Positions 37,424-50,984 of a stretch of 64,000 nt of DNA are shown in pieces. The first letter of the stretch is position 1. Each line of letters starts with the position of its first letter. Source of the DNA: Mobula hypostoma (lineage: Eukaryota). The notes below the pieces were generated by a model. It was given only the letters and a program-made list of their open reading frames with translations, searched no databases and was not told where the DNA came from. The translations under genes were made by a program, and so were the position numbers. The stretch covers positions 4,526,001 through 4,590,000 of the forward strand of contig NC_086108.1 of NCBI RefSeq assembly GCF_963921235.1. The letters are read 5' to 3'.

Positions 37424-37429
37424 AATAAA
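37424..37429 (+). terminator. Candidate DPF1 polyadenylation signal AATAAA (alternative at 36061-36066)
   Basis: AATAAA at the end of a U-rich unique block, just before dense repeats resume. No transcript evidence. Confidence 0.3.
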
Positions 37430-37519
37430 AATTAATTGGATTTGATTATCAGTCTGGAAGGAGGGCTGTTGGCTCATTTTCGTTCTTCATTAGCATTATC
37501 TGAGGTTCCTGCTGCCAGT

Positions 37520-38185
37520 CTCTTGCACGCATACACACTCTGACACACACACATTCACACTCTCTCACACGCACACACTCCCACATAAACATTTGCACAC
37601 ACTCACACACACAGACACACAAGCATATACTCACATACACACTCACAGACACACAATACATTCTGACACACAATACACACACACTCACACACAGACACAC
37701 TCAAACATGCACATGTGTATACGTACACATATGCACAAAGACACACATGCACAGACATGCAAACCTACATGCACACACGTACAAACTCATGCAGATCATA
37801 TGCACACACGTTTGCATGCACACACATACATAAGCAAATCACACAAACACACGTGTATGGACATGCACATACACACAAATACAGACACACGCACCCACAT
37901 GTGTGCAACCACACAGACACGCATATACACACACAAGTATATGCACATGCACACATACACAATCATACAGAGTCACACTGACATGCACATGCATAATTGT
38001 ACACACACACACAGGCTTGCACATTGGCATAACCACGTGCAGGCATGTATGCACATGCAAGCAATCACACACATATACACGCACACACCCACACATGCAC
38101 ACACACATGCTCCCATGCACACACTTGTAAATACATACACACACACATGTATGCACACACACACATGCACACATACCCATGCTCC
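37520..38185. repeat. Degenerate (CA)n low-complexity region
   Basis: Seen directly in the sequence. Confidence 0.9.
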
Positions 38186-38207
38186 ATAAGGCTATATAAG
38201 ACATTAT

Positions 38208-39690
38208 AAGTTCAAAGTACAAAGTAAATTTATTCTCAAAGTACACACAGTACATGTCATCATACACATGCCTGAGATTCATTTTCCTGCGGGCGTACTT
38301 AATAAATTGAATAGCCATTATAGGATCAATGAAAGACCACACCCAACGGGGTAGACAACCAGAGTGCAGATGACAACATACTGTGCAAATACAAGCATAA
38401 ATAATAATAATAAATAAATAAATAAGCAATAAATATCAAGAACATGAGATGAGTCCTTGAAAATGAGTCGATTGGTTATGGGAACATTTCAGTGATGGGG
38501 TGAGTGAAGTTATCCACACTGGTTCAGGAGCCTGATGGTTGTGGGGTAATAACTGTTCCTGAACCTGGTGGTGTGGGACCTGAGGCTCATTGTGGTGAGT
38601 GAAGTTACCCACACTGGTTCAGGAGCCTGATGGTTGTGGGGCAATAACTGTTCCTGAACCTGGTGGTGTGGGACCTGAGGCTCATTGTGGTGAGTGAAGT
38701 TATCCACACTGGTTCAGGAGCCTGATGGTTGTGGGGTAATAACTGTCCCTGAACCTGGTGGTGTGGGACCTGAGGCTCATTGTGGTGAGTGAAGTTATCC
38801 ACACTGGTTCAGGAGCCTGATGATTGTGGGGTAATAACTGTTCCTGAACCTGGTGGTGTGGGACCTGAGGCTCATTGTGGTGAGTGAAGTTATCCACACT
38901 GGTTCAGGAGCCTGATGGTTGTGGGGTAATAACTGTTCCTGAACCTGGTGGTGTGGGACCTGAGGCTCATTGTGGTGAGTGAAGTTATACACACTGGTTC
39001 AGGAGCCTGACGGTTGTGGGGTAATAACTGTTCCTGAACCTGGTGGTGTGGGACCTGAGGCTCATTGTGGTGAGTGAAGTTATCCACACTGGTTCAGGAG
39101 CCTGACGGTTGTGGGGTAATAACTGTTCCTGAACCTGGTGGTGTGGGACCTGAGGCTCATTGTGGTGAGTGAAGTTATCCACACTGGTTCAGGAGCCTGA
39201 TGGTTGTGGGGTAATAACTGTCCCTGAACCTGGTGGTGTGGGACCTGAGGCTCATTGTGGTGAGTGAAGTTATCCACACTGGTTCAGGAGCCTGATGGTT
39301 GTGGGGTAATAACTGTTCCTGAACCTGGTGGTGTGGGACCTGAGGCTCATTGTGGTGAGTGAAGTTATCCACACTGGTTCAGGAGCCTGATGGTTGTGGG
39401 GTAATAACTGTTCCTGAACCTGGTGGTGTGGGACCTGAGGCTCATTGTGGTGAGTGAAGTTATCCACACTGGTTCAGGAGCCTGATGGTTGTGGGGTAAT
39501 AACTGTTCCTGAACCTGGTGGTGTGGGATCTGAGGCTCCTGTACCTTCTACCTGACAGCAGCAGTGACAGTGAGCATATCCTGGGTAGTGGGGGTCCCTG
39601 ATGATGGATGCTGCTTTCCTGCTTTCGTCTAGGTAGGGCTTTACCTGTGATGGACTGGGCTGTATTCACTACTTTTTGTAGGATTTTCAA
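38208..39690 (-). mobile_element. Rex1/Babar-type 3' fragment with about 11 copies of the 95-bp unit (38500-39537)
   Basis: Same unit as 1229-1689; ORF 39460-39738 reads SGRRYRSLRSHTTRFRNSYYPTTIRLLN. Confidence 0.85.
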
Positions 39691-41154
39691 CATAGGAACA
39701 GATTTAGGCCATTCGGCCCATCGAGTCTGATCTGTCATTACATCATGGCTAATTTATTATCCCTCAACCCCATTTTTCTGCCTTCTCCCAATAACCTTTG
39801 AGTCCCTTACTAATCAATCTCTGCTTTAAATATACGCAATGACCTGGCCTCCTCAACCGTCCGTGGTAATGAATTCCACAGATTCACCACCCACTGGCTA
39901 AAGAAATTCCTCCTCATCTCTATTAAAAAGGCAGCAATATTACAGAGCTTTTCGATGCCTTTCTATAAATGAGTGTATCCTGAAAACACACCAATGTCAT
40001 ATTTATTCACCTTGAGCTCATAATCTGTGTCTATATTCAGAGGAGCTTAATATAGACCTGACAATAGCTTGTTTTCTAACGAACCCTTCCCTTCTCGTCA
40101 CTATTATATACATCTGTGAAGAGAGGGGTGGAGAGAGCGAGGCCAGTGAAACCCTCTCCCCCACACCCCTCCCACCCCCACCCCCACCTCCAAGATAGAA
40201 GGTTGTTGATCCAGAGTCAGATTCACTTATTTATTAGTTCCACTCCAGGTTTTCCAAATGATCCCTTCTTGGATACTGAAGATTGGATTTTAATGAAAAA
40301 AACACAAAGGTTTATTTAACCTGCATGGACATTCAACAGGGAAAAAAACCCGGCTTGGCCCAAAATTCTGGGAAGCTTGTTCCCTGTACAAGCCGGGGCC
40401 AGGGGCCAGAGACAAGTTCCAGGGGCCAGAGGCTGCCTGTGACACTGGTCGTCCTTTCCTACCCCAGTGTCCCAGTAATAAATGGGGAATGTGGAGGAAT
40501 GTTACCATCACCGAGACATACAGTAAGGAAACAGGCCCTTCTGCCCATCTTGTCTGTGCTGACCAAGGTGCACATCAGTTCCCTCTGATGTTTTTTTAAC
40601 GGCTGCACAGAAGCAAGACATGAGCAAGAAATGTTCCCACGGCCTGAAAACTGCGCGGTGCTTTAAATGTTTCTTTTGAAATATGGTTACTATGAACATT
40701 TAGAATGAAAATCACATTCTTTTGATTTTATTTTTTAATTGAAGGGTATAATGAAATACAGTATGAGAAAGAAAATCTTTCACACTTCATCAACTTTTTC
40801 TGGCTGCATGCAATTCCAGCTGCACGGCAACAAAGGCTATGTGCATGGGAGCATTGCAGTTACTGCATAGCCATGCTTGGAGGGAACAGTGGTGGTCATC
40901 TGAGCTAGTTCCACTTGCTCGCATTCGGACTATATCCCTCCAAACCATCCCGATCCATATACCTGTCTAAGTACTTGTTCAATACTGATATTGTACCTGC
41001 CGAAAACACTTCCTTGGCTCATTTCATACATGCCCCATTCCCTGGCAAAGTTATCCCCTCGATCCCTTTTTAGGTTGATTTATTTATCACGCAAACATAA
41101 AGTGAAGCACGTGACTAGCGCTAACAGCCAACGCACCCAAGGCGAGGGGGAAGG

Positions 41155-41900
41155 AAACACACAGAAAACGTTGGAAGAACTCAGCAGGTCAGGCAGCATC
41201 TATGGAATTCCTTTCTTCAGGTCTGGAAAGGCAGGGGGAAGTTGCCAGAACAAAAAGGTGGGGAGGGGCTGGGGCAGGAGGACAAGCTAGGAGGAGATAA
41301 GTGAAGCCAGGTGGGTGGGAAAGGGCTGGAGAAGAAGAAATCTGATAGGAGACGACATTGGACAATAGGAGAAAGGGAAGGAGGAGGGGACTGAGGAAGA
41401 AGTGATAGGTAAGTGAGAAGGTGAAAGGTCAGAGCGGGAAAGTGGGAGAGGGGTGGAATTTGTTTACCGGAAGGAGAAATCGATATCTATGCCATCAGGT
41501 AGGTGGCTGAAATAAGAGGCTGCGAGGTGATAGGTGGAAGAGGTAAAGGGCTGAAGAAGAAGGAATCAGGTGGGACTTTCCCCTCACCTGGTCTCACCTG
41601 TCACCTGCAAGTGTACTCCTTCCCCTCCCCCACGCACCCACCTTCCCCCTCGTCCAGTCTCACCTCTCAGGTGCCACCTTCTCCTTCCGACTTCTACCCT
41701 CTTCTGTTCCAGTCCCAGTGGAGGGTCTCCATCTCAAACGTTCCCTGAGGAAAGGGAAGGAGGATAGGGACCAGAGGGAGGTGATGGGCAGGTGAGGTGA
41801 AGAGAAGGGGTGAGAGGGGAACCAGAATGGGGAATGAAAGAAGAGGGAAGAGGGGGGAGGAGGGAGAATTTAATGGATGTTTGCAAAATCAATGTTCAAT
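41155..41900 (-). mobile_element. Cluster of Penelope-like 3' UTR / terminal fragments
   Basis: gaactcagcaggtcaggcagcatct terminus plus purine-rich blocks homologous to 22780-23110. Confidence 0.6.
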
Positions 41901-42767
41901 TTATGCCAAGGAAACCTCCTAAGGTCCATAGACTGCATGGGCCACTATTAATAGGTCATCTCTGAATGCCATAAGCCATAGGAGCAGAATTAGGCCATTT
42001 GGCCCATCGAGTCTGTTCTGTCATTTCATCATGGCTGGTTCATTTCCCTCTCAGCCCCAATCTCCTGCCTTCCCCCCCGTACCCCTTCATGCCCCGACTA
42101 ATCAAGAATGAATCAACCTCTGCTTTACATATACGCAATGACTTGCCCTCCACAGCCACCTGTGGCAATGAATTCCACAGATTCACCACCCTCTGGCTAA
42201 AGAATTTCCTTCTCATCTCCGTTCTAAAAGGACACCCCTGGTCCTCTGGTCTTAGGCTCCCCCACGGTAAGAAGCATTCTCTTCACATCCACTATGTCAA
42301 GACCTTTCAACATTGGATAGGTTTCAGTGAGGTCAATCTCCACTGAGACATCCTCTTGTTACCACCGCATTTCCTCCCGGTGAAGGGAGCGAGTTCCCAG
42401 TTTGACCCACAGAAGCTGAAGGAACAGCAATCCCTTTCCAAATCTGGATGGCCTGTAAGTTTCAAATTCAAGCGACAAGATTCAAATTCATTTATCATAT
42501 GAACATCAAAACTTTCAGTGAAATGCATCATTTGCGTTAACAACCAACACACCCTGGGGATGTGCGGGGGGCAGCCCACAAGTGACATCGTACGTTGCGG
42601 CGCCAATGGAGCATGCCCACAGCGTTCAGCAGAACACAACAAGCAACCAGACAACAACAGCCAAACAAGCCCCGTTCCTCCCTCTCACGCACCGTTCTCC
42701 AGCCCCAGGACAGGCCATCATCAGCCTCACCAGCTATCACCAGCCGAGGCTCAGTTCTCCGCACCAT

Positions 42768-42922
42768 CTAGAAACATAGAAACATAGAAAATAGGTGCAG
42801 GAGTAGGCCATTCGGCCCTTCGAGCCTGCACCGCCATTTATTATGATCATGGCTGATCATCCAACTCAGAACCCCGCCCCAGCCTTCCCTCCATACCCCC
42901 TGACCCCCGTAGCCACAAGGGT
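42768..42922 (-). mobile_element. Young CR1 3' end, near-identical to 60188-60340
   Basis: (tagaaaca)n tail and about 150 bp with very few differences. Confidence 0.9.
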
Positions 42923-43414
42923 CTAACGTTGCTCTCAGGGACATTGGCTACAAGTTGCGAGTCCTTGTTGAGCTCTGGGGTTCTTGTAACAGAACACAGA
43001 ATATAGAATAGTACAGGCCTTTCGGGCCACAAGGTTGTGATGACCTTCTAACTTACTCCAAGGTCAATAGACAATAGGTGCAGGAGTAGGCCATTCGGCC
43101 CTTCAAGCCAGCACCACCATTCACTGTGATCATGGCTGATCATCCACAATCAGTACCCTTTTCCTGCCTTCTCCCCATACCCCTTCACTCCGCTATCAAT
43201 CTTCTCTCCCTTCCTACATAGCCCTCCATGTTTCTATAATATGTGTGCCTATTGAAGAGTTGCTGATGTATCTGCCTCTAGCACCACACCGATAGAACGT
43301 TCCATGCACCCACCATTCTCTGCATGAGAAAATACTTACCATCCTGGAGGTGGTACGATGGGAGAGGGGAGGGGGAGAGTCCTCGGAACCCCTCTCCACA
43401 AAACGTTTCAATTA

Positions 43415-44260
43415 CACTCAGTGCCCGCTTCATTAGGTAAACCTGCTCGTTGATGCAAATATCTAATCAGCCAATCATGTGGCAGCAACTCAGTGTGTAA
43501 AAGCATGCAGACACGGTCAAGAGGTTCAGTTGTCTTTTTTTAGCGTGTCGCACCAGACAGTCAGCCATTCTTGTCTGGCGCGTGGTGACAGGACTGGTCT
43601 CCTTTTGGATTAACCAGGTCACGATATGAACGTTCCTGGCTCGACCCCTGTTTTTTACGAGGCCGAGTGGCCAGCTCGACGCTCAACCCGGCACGGATGG
43701 AAGCGTGTTCGGGGGGCGGGGGGGGGTGGTGGCCCGGCTTGGATTCGAACTCGGGAGCCTTCACTCCGGAGTCCGGCGCTGATGCCACTGCGCCACTAGC
43801 CGTCCTGGCTCAGTTGTTGTTCAGACCGAACGTCAGAGTTGGGGTAGAAATGTGATCCAAGTGACTTCGACTGTGGAATGATTGCTGGGGCCAGACGGGG
43901 TGGTTTGAGAATCTCAGAAACTGCTGATCTCCTGGGATTTTCACGCACAACGTTCTCTAGAGTTTACAGAGAGCGGTGCGAGAAACAAAAAAAATCCAGT
44001 GAGCAGCAGTTCTTTGAGCAATAACACCTCGTTAATCAGAGACATCGGAGGAGGGTGTCCAGACTGGTTCAAGCTGACAGGAAGGTGACAGTAACTCAAA
44101 TAACCAGGCGTTACGGCAGTGGTGTGCAGAAGAGCATCTCTGAATGTACAACACGTCAAACCTCAAAGTGGATGTGCTACAGATGCAGGGCACCACGAAC
44201 ATACACTCGTTAACCACGTTATGAGGTACCTCCCGCACCTAATAAAGTGGCCACTGATTC
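43415..44260 (+). mobile_element. Tc1-like DNA transposon, internally deleted
   Basis: TA then TIR cactcagtgcccgcttcattaggta, right TIR acctaataaagtggccactga. Residual HTH reads SDFDCGMIAGARRGGLRISETADLLGFSRTTFSRVYRE. Confidence 0.8.
43534..43809 (-). mobile_element. tRNA-head SINE inserted in the Tc1; related copy at about 33265-33462
   Basis: A box tggcgcagtgg, B box gagttcgaatcc; TSD TCAGTTGT at 43526-43533 and 43810-43817. Confidence 0.8.
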
Positions 44261-47200
44261 AACAGCAGAAACCAGGGTTGTGCAGTTAGGAATCTTGGCG
44301 TCAGATTCAGAACCCAATTTGGAATGAGTCTTGTGTTTTTAATTTACTGGCAGGTAGACAGAGGGAGGATTAAAAAAAGCCCTGTGTGAACTTTGGGGCC
44401 TTTCCACGCTACGTCCCGAATCTAGTGCTTCAAAGGCAGCGTGTCACCCCGGCTGAAATCAAATCCTGAGCAGGGTGGAGTGTGGGAGAGTGGAAGTGGA
44501 GAGATCCATTAAAAACCAGCTTGTCACAATCAGCTCAGCTCCAGAGCGGAAAGCTGTAGAAATGTCTGCTTCACAGTGGGAGAGGGTTGTCATAGGAACA
44601 GCGAGAGCGCTCACAGACAGAGCATGAATGATTGATGTGCAGCGAAACTATTAAGAACTCAATATGAAAATGGGAAAAGGCAAGAGTCTGTGGAATATCA
44701 TTATGCTCTGTCATATCACAAGCTGTCAAAGATGAAATGTTTTTATTATACAGCCTGGGCTGATCAACTGGAGAGGCAGCAGTTCCATAGTTCCCCACAT
44801 TTCACAAACAAAAATGAATTTAAAAAAAATCTATTCCATCTTGAATTCCTCTAGTAACAGTGTTTGGTTTGAGAGAGTCACAGCCACAGCAGCACAGAAA
44901 CAGGCCTTTCGGCCTATCTGGTCTGCAAGGCCAGAGGTTTCACTGTTCCGCAGCGTTAATTGGCACTAGACCCGCCTGAGGCTGCCCCCAGCGTTCTTCC
45001 CACCCAAACAGTCCTGCCGCAAGCATTTTCCTTACCACCGAGGAGGCAGTTCAGCCCATCCAGCTGATGCAAGCTCAGAAAGTATACCATCCCACGGGAA
45101 TCAGAATCGCGCACAGAATGCTGCAGGAAAGAAATAAACACACAACATTTCAGGCTTCTGCAGAATCAGCTCTACTTTCATGAAATTTGTAGTCTTGTGG
45201 CAGTGACACGATGAATTACATAAAATACACTTTAAATTACAATAAGAAATACATATAAAAGAAATAAGTAGTGCAATCAGAAATAAAATTAGTGAGGTAG
45301 TGTTCAAGGGTTCACTGCCCATTCAGAAATCTGATGGCAGAGGGGAAGAAGCTGTTCCTGAATCGCTGAGTGTGTGTCTTCAGGCTTCTGTACCTCCTTC
45401 CTGAGGGTAGCAATGAGAAGAGGCTGCCACTGCTACTGTAACCCACTGTGATACAGGGATAAGATATAAGACATAGGAGCAGAATTGGGCCATTCAGCCC
45501 ATCGAGTCTGCGCCACCGTTCCATCCTGACTGATCCCGGATCCCACTCAACCCCATACACCTGCCTTCTCGCCATATCCTTTGATGCCCTGACCGATCAG
45601 GGAATTATCAATTTCCAACTTAAATATACCCACGGACTTGGCCTCCACCATATTCTGCGGCAGAGCGTTCCACAGATTCACTATTCTCCTGCTAAAATAA
45701 TTCCTCCTTACCTCTGTTCTAAAGGGTTGCCCCTCAATTTTGAGGTTGTGCCCTCTAGTTGTGGATACCCCCAACATAGGAAACATCCTCTCCACGTCCA
45801 CCCTATCTGGTCCTTTCAACATTTGATAGGTTTCAATGAGATCCTCCTCCATTCTTCTAAATTCCAGTGAGTACAGGACCAAACCTGCCTAATGCTCCTC
45901 ATATGTTAACCCCTTCATTCCCAGAATCATCCTCATGAATCTCCTCTGGACTCTCTCCAATGACAACACTTCCATTCTGAGATATGGGGCCCAAAACTGT
46001 TGACAATACTTCAAGTGCGGCTTGAATTGTGTCTTATAAAGATTCAGCATTATCTTCTTGTTTTAATATTCTGTTCCCTTGGAAATAAGTGCCAATATTG
46101 GATTTGCCTTCTTTACCACAGAATCAATCTGTAAACTAACCTTCTGGGAGTCTTGCACAAGGGCTCCCAAGTCCCTCTGCACCTCTGATGTTTAAATTTT
46201 CTCCCCATTTAGATAATAGTCTGCACTATTGTTCCTTTTACCAAAATGCATTATCATACATTTCCCAACACGGTATTCCATCTGCCACTTTTTTGTCCAT
46301 TATTCCAATTTGTCTAAGTCCTGCTGCTTGTATTGCTTCCTCAGCACTACCTACCCCTCCACCTATCTTCGTATCATCTGCAAACTTTGCCACAAAGCCA
46401 TCAATTCCATTATCCAAATCATTGACGAACAATGTGAAAAGTAGCGGCCCCAATCCTGACCCCTGAGGAACACCACCGGTCACTGGCAGCCAACCAGGAA
46501 AGCCCCTTTTATTCCTACTTGCTGCCTCCTGCCTATCATTTATTCCTCCATCCATGCCAGCATCTTTCCTGTAACGTATTTTATCTTGTTAAGCAGCCCC
46601 ATATGTGGCATCTTATCAAATGCCTTCTGAAAATCCAAGTAAATGACATCCACTGCCTCTCCTTCGTCCACCCTGGTGGTTACTTCCTCGAAGAATTCTA
46701 ACGGATTTGTTAGGCAAGGTTTCCCTTTACAGAAACCATGCTGACTTTGACTTATTTTATCGTTAGTCTCCAAGTATCCCAAAACTTCATTCTTAATAAA
46801 AGACTCCAACATTTTTCCAACCACTGAGGTTAAGCTAACTGGCTTATAATTTCCTTTCTTTTGCCTTCCTCACTTCTTAAAGAGTGGAGTGACATTTGTA
46901 ATCTTCCAGTCCTCCGGGACCGTGCCAGGATCAAGTGATTCTTGAGAGATCATGACCAATGCATCTGTTATCTCTTCAGCAACCTCTCTCAAGACTCTGG
47001 GATGTAGTCCATCTGGTTCCAGCTTAAGACCTTTCAGTCTGCCTCTCACTTTTCCCTTTGTAATAGCAATGGCTTTCATTCCTGCTGCCTGACACTCACG
47101 GACCTCTGGCACACTGCTAGTGTCTTCCACAGCGAAGACAGATGCAAATTCCCATTAAGTTTATCTGCCATTTCTTTGTCCCCATTACTACCTCACCAGC

Positions 47201-47698
47201 ATCATTTTCCAGTGGTCCAATATCATCTCTCACCTTCCTTTTACTCTTTATATAACTGAAAACTTTTGGTATCCTGCTTTATATTATTGGCTTGTTTGCC
47301 CTCATATTTAATCTTTTCCCTTCTTTTGGCTTTTTTAGTTGCCTTTTGTTGGATCTTAAATGCTTTCCAATCATCCAACTTCCCACACACTTTTGCTATC
47401 TTATATGCCCTTTCCTTGGCTTTTATGCAGTCCTTAACTTCCCTTGTCAGCCACGGTTGCCTACCCCTGCCATTTGAGAACATCATCTTCTGTGGGACAT
47501 ATCTATCTGCGCCTTGTGAACTATTTCCAGAAACTTCAGCCATCTCTGCTCTGCCATCATCCCCACCAGTATCCTCCTCCAATCCACCTGGGCAAGCTCC
47601 TCTCTCATGCCTCTGTAATTCCCTTTGTTCCACTGTAATACTGATACATGTGATTTATGATTCTCCATCTCAGATTGCAGTATGAATTCAATCATATT

Positions 47699-47901
47699 AT
47701 CCAATCACGAACAAGAGAAAATCTGCAGATGCTGGGAGTCTATCATCTTGTGTTTCTCCCACCCTCCCCCAACCTTTAAATGTACTCCTCATCTTTTTTT
47801 CCCAGTCTTACTGAAGGGTTTCAGCCCGAAACGTCGACTGTACTCTTTTCCATAGATGCTGCCTGGCCTGTTGAGTTTCTCCACTGTTTTGTGTGGGTCT
47901 C
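47699..47901 (+). mobile_element. Penelope-type terminal element with a mutated hammerhead
   Basis: TSD TCAATCATATT at 47688-47698 and 47902-47912; cagtcttactgaagggtttcagcccgaaacgtcgactg. Confidence 0.75.
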
Positions 47902-47912
47902 TCAATCATATT

Positions 47913-49624
47913 GAGATGACAGAGGAACTGAATGATTATTTTGCATCAGTCTTCACAGTGGAAGACATCTGCAGTGTACCGGACATTCAAGAGAGTCAGG
48001 GAAATGAGGTTTGTGCAGTGAAAATTATGACTGAAAAGGTGCTCAGGAAGCTTAACGGTCTGAAGGTGGATAAATCTCCTGGACCTGATGGAATGCGCCC
48101 TCGGGTTCTGAAGGAAGTAGCTGGAGAGATTGCGGAGGCATTAACAATGATCTTTCAAGAATTGATAGATTCTGGCATTGTACCAGATGACTGGAAAATT
48201 GCAAATGTTACTCCGCTATTTAAGAAGGGTGTGAGGTAGCAGAAAGGAAACTATAGACCTGTTAGCCTGACATCAGTGGGTGGGAAGTTGTTGGAATCAA
48301 TTGTTAGGAGTACCTGGAGGCACATGACAAAATAGGCCAAAGCCAGCATGGTTTCCTAAAAGGAAACTCCTGCCTGACAAACCTTCTGCAATTTTTTGAG
48401 GAAATTACAAATAGGGTAGACAAAGGAGATGCAGTAGATGTGGTGTACTTGGATTTTCAGAAGGACTTTGACAAGGTGCCACACATGAGGCTGCTTAACA
48501 AGATAAGAGCCCATGGAATTACAGGGAAGTTAAGAGCATGGGTGGAGCATTGGCTGGTCGGCAGAAAACAGAGAGTGGGAATAAAGGGATCCTATTCTGG
48601 ATGGTTGCCGGTTACCAGTGGAGTTCCACAGGGGTTGGTGTTGGGACCATTACTTTTTATGATGTATATCAATGATTTGGACTACAGTATTAATGGATTT
48701 GTGGCTAAATTCGCCGATGATACAAGGATAGGTGGAGGAGCGGGTAGTGTTGAAACAGAGAGCCTGCAGAGAGACTTAGATAGTTTAGTGGAATGGGCAA
48801 AGAAGTGGCAAATGAAATACAATGTTGGAAAGTGTACAGTCATGCACTTTGGTAGAAGAAATAAATGGGCAGACTATTATTTAGATGGGGAGAGAATTCA
48901 AAATGCAGAGATGCAACGGGACTTGGGAGTCCTCGTGCAGGATACCCTAAAGGTTAAACTTCAGGTTGAGTCGGTGGTGAAGAAGGCTAATGCAATGTTG
49001 GCATTCATTTCTAGAGGTATAGAATATAAGAGCAGGGATGTGATGTTGGGGCTCTATAAGGCACTTGTGAGACCACACTTGGAGTATTGTGTGCAGTTTT
49101 GGGGTCCTTATTTTAGAAAGGATATACTGACATTGGAGAGGGTTCAGAGAAGATTCACAAGAATGATTCCAGGAATGAGAGGGTTACCATATGAGGAACG
49201 TCTGGCAGTTCTTTGGCTGTATTCCCTGGAGTTCAGGAGAATGAGGGGAGTTCTCATAGAAACATTCTGAATGTTAAAAGGCCTGAACAGATTAGATATG
49301 GCGAAATTATTTCCCATGGAAGGGGATTCTAGGACAAGAAGGCACGACTTCAGGATTGAAGGACGTCCTTTTAGAACTGAGAGGCGGAGAAATTACTTTA
49401 GTCAGAGGGCAGTAAATCTGTGGAATTTGTTGCCACGAGCAGCTGTGGAGACCAAGTCACTGGGTGTATTTAGGGCAGAGATAGATTAGCCAGGGCATCA
49501 AAGGGTATGGGGTGAAAGCACGGGGGTGGGGATGACTGGATGAAGTGAATCAGCCCATGATTGAATGGAGGAGTAGACTCAATGGGTCGAATGGCCTACT
49601 TCTGCTCCTTTATCTTATGGTCTT
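47913..49624 (+). mobile_element. 5'-truncated CR1 inserted in the opposite orientation into the older CR1
   Basis: ORF 48440-49270 encodes RT (GVPQG, KFADD); (tcttatgg) tail; short atatt duplication. Confidence 0.92.
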
Positions 49625-50984
49625 ATATTATGATCATTATCTGCTAAGGGTTCCCTTACATTAAGCTCCCTAATAAGATCTTATTACACTGTAGCCTATC
49701 TAAGATAGCCTTTCCTGAGTAGGCCCAACCACAAGCTGCTCTAAAAAGCCATCTCATAGGCATTCAACAAATTCCCTCTCTTGCGATCCAACACCAAACT
49801 GATTTTCCCAATCCCCTTGCATATTGAAGTCCCCCATTACAATTGTGTCATTACCCTTATTACAAGCCCTTTCCGGCTCCCTTTGCAATCTCAGCTCCAC
49901 ACCTTGGCTACTATTTGGAGGCCTATATATGATTCCCATAATTGTTTTTTCACACCTGCTGTTTCTAAACTCCATCCACACAGATTCAGCATTCTTGGAC
50001 CCTATGTCACCTCTTTCTAAAGATGTAATTCCATCTCTTACCAACAGAACCACACCACCACCTAGGCCTTTCTGCCTGTCCTTTCAATACACAGTGTATC
50101 CTTTGATGTTAAGCTCCCAACTATTGGCCTTCTTTCAGCCATGACTCAGTGATGTCCACAACTTCATACCCACCAATCTCTAATTGCATCACAATTTGTC
50201 CACCTTATTCCAAATGTTATGCACATTTAAATACAGCACCTTCAGTCCTGCATTGTTTGCCCTTTTGAATGTTGTCTCTGTGGTACAATTTAACTCTTTG
50301 CTCTGTCTGCAATTGTACCCAGTCATTGGCTTGTCCTTCCTTAGATTCATGTTACACCCATCATCTACTTGTAAACCTGCTGGCTCATCCTCAGCTCTAT
50401 CATCCTGATTCCCATCACCCTGCCATATGTGGTTAAACTGCTCCCAACAGCTCCAGTAAACCTGTCCAAAAGGATACTGGTCTCCTTTGGATTCAAGTGT
50501 AACCCGTCCCTTTTGTACAAGTCACACCTGCCCCAGAAGAGGCCCCAGTGATCCAGAAATCTGAATCCCTCCCCTGCTCCAATTCTTCAGACACGCATTT
50601 ATCTGCCATCTCAATCTATTCCTCCTCACTGTTGCATGGCACAGGCAGTAATCCAAGATTACTACCCTTGAGGTCCTGCTTCTCAGCTTCCCTCCTAACT
50701 CCCTGTATTCTGTTTCCAGGACCCCCTCCCTTTTTCTACCTGTGTCGTTGGTACCAATATGCACCTCGAGTTCTGGCTGCTTACCCTCCCTTTTCAGGGT
50801 ATTGTGGATGTTTTCAGAAACATCATGCACCCTATTGACAGATAGGCATTCACTGATCACCCGTCTGTCCCCCTGACCATAGAGTCTCTCTTACTGCTGC
50901 CATCCTCTTCATTTCCCTACCCTTCTGAGCCACAGGACCAGACTCAGTGAGACCCTCCCTCGCTGGTGATGTATTCCGACATTG

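Larger units (their letters stand above)
45455..50975 (-). mobile_element. Long decayed CR1 LINE (ORF1 esterase remnant, endonuclease, RT), split at 47699-49624
   Basis: VHIGTND (SGNH) at about 50760; YRPPNS and MGDFN endonuclease motifs at 49754-50053; YLDFQKAFDK, GVPQGS and KFADD at 46238-46824. Confidence 0.92.

Noticed and set aside
39940..45130. 3' end of a convergent neighbouring gene (SIPA1L3 lies next to DPF1 in human, as recalled)
   Set aside because: Only minus-strand AATAAA motifs were seen, and no matching coding exon was recognised.
47699..49624. Single chimeric Penelope-CR1 insertion bounded by ATATTAT
   Set aside because: The Penelope piece has its own 11-bp TSD (TCAATCATATT), which favours separate insertions.
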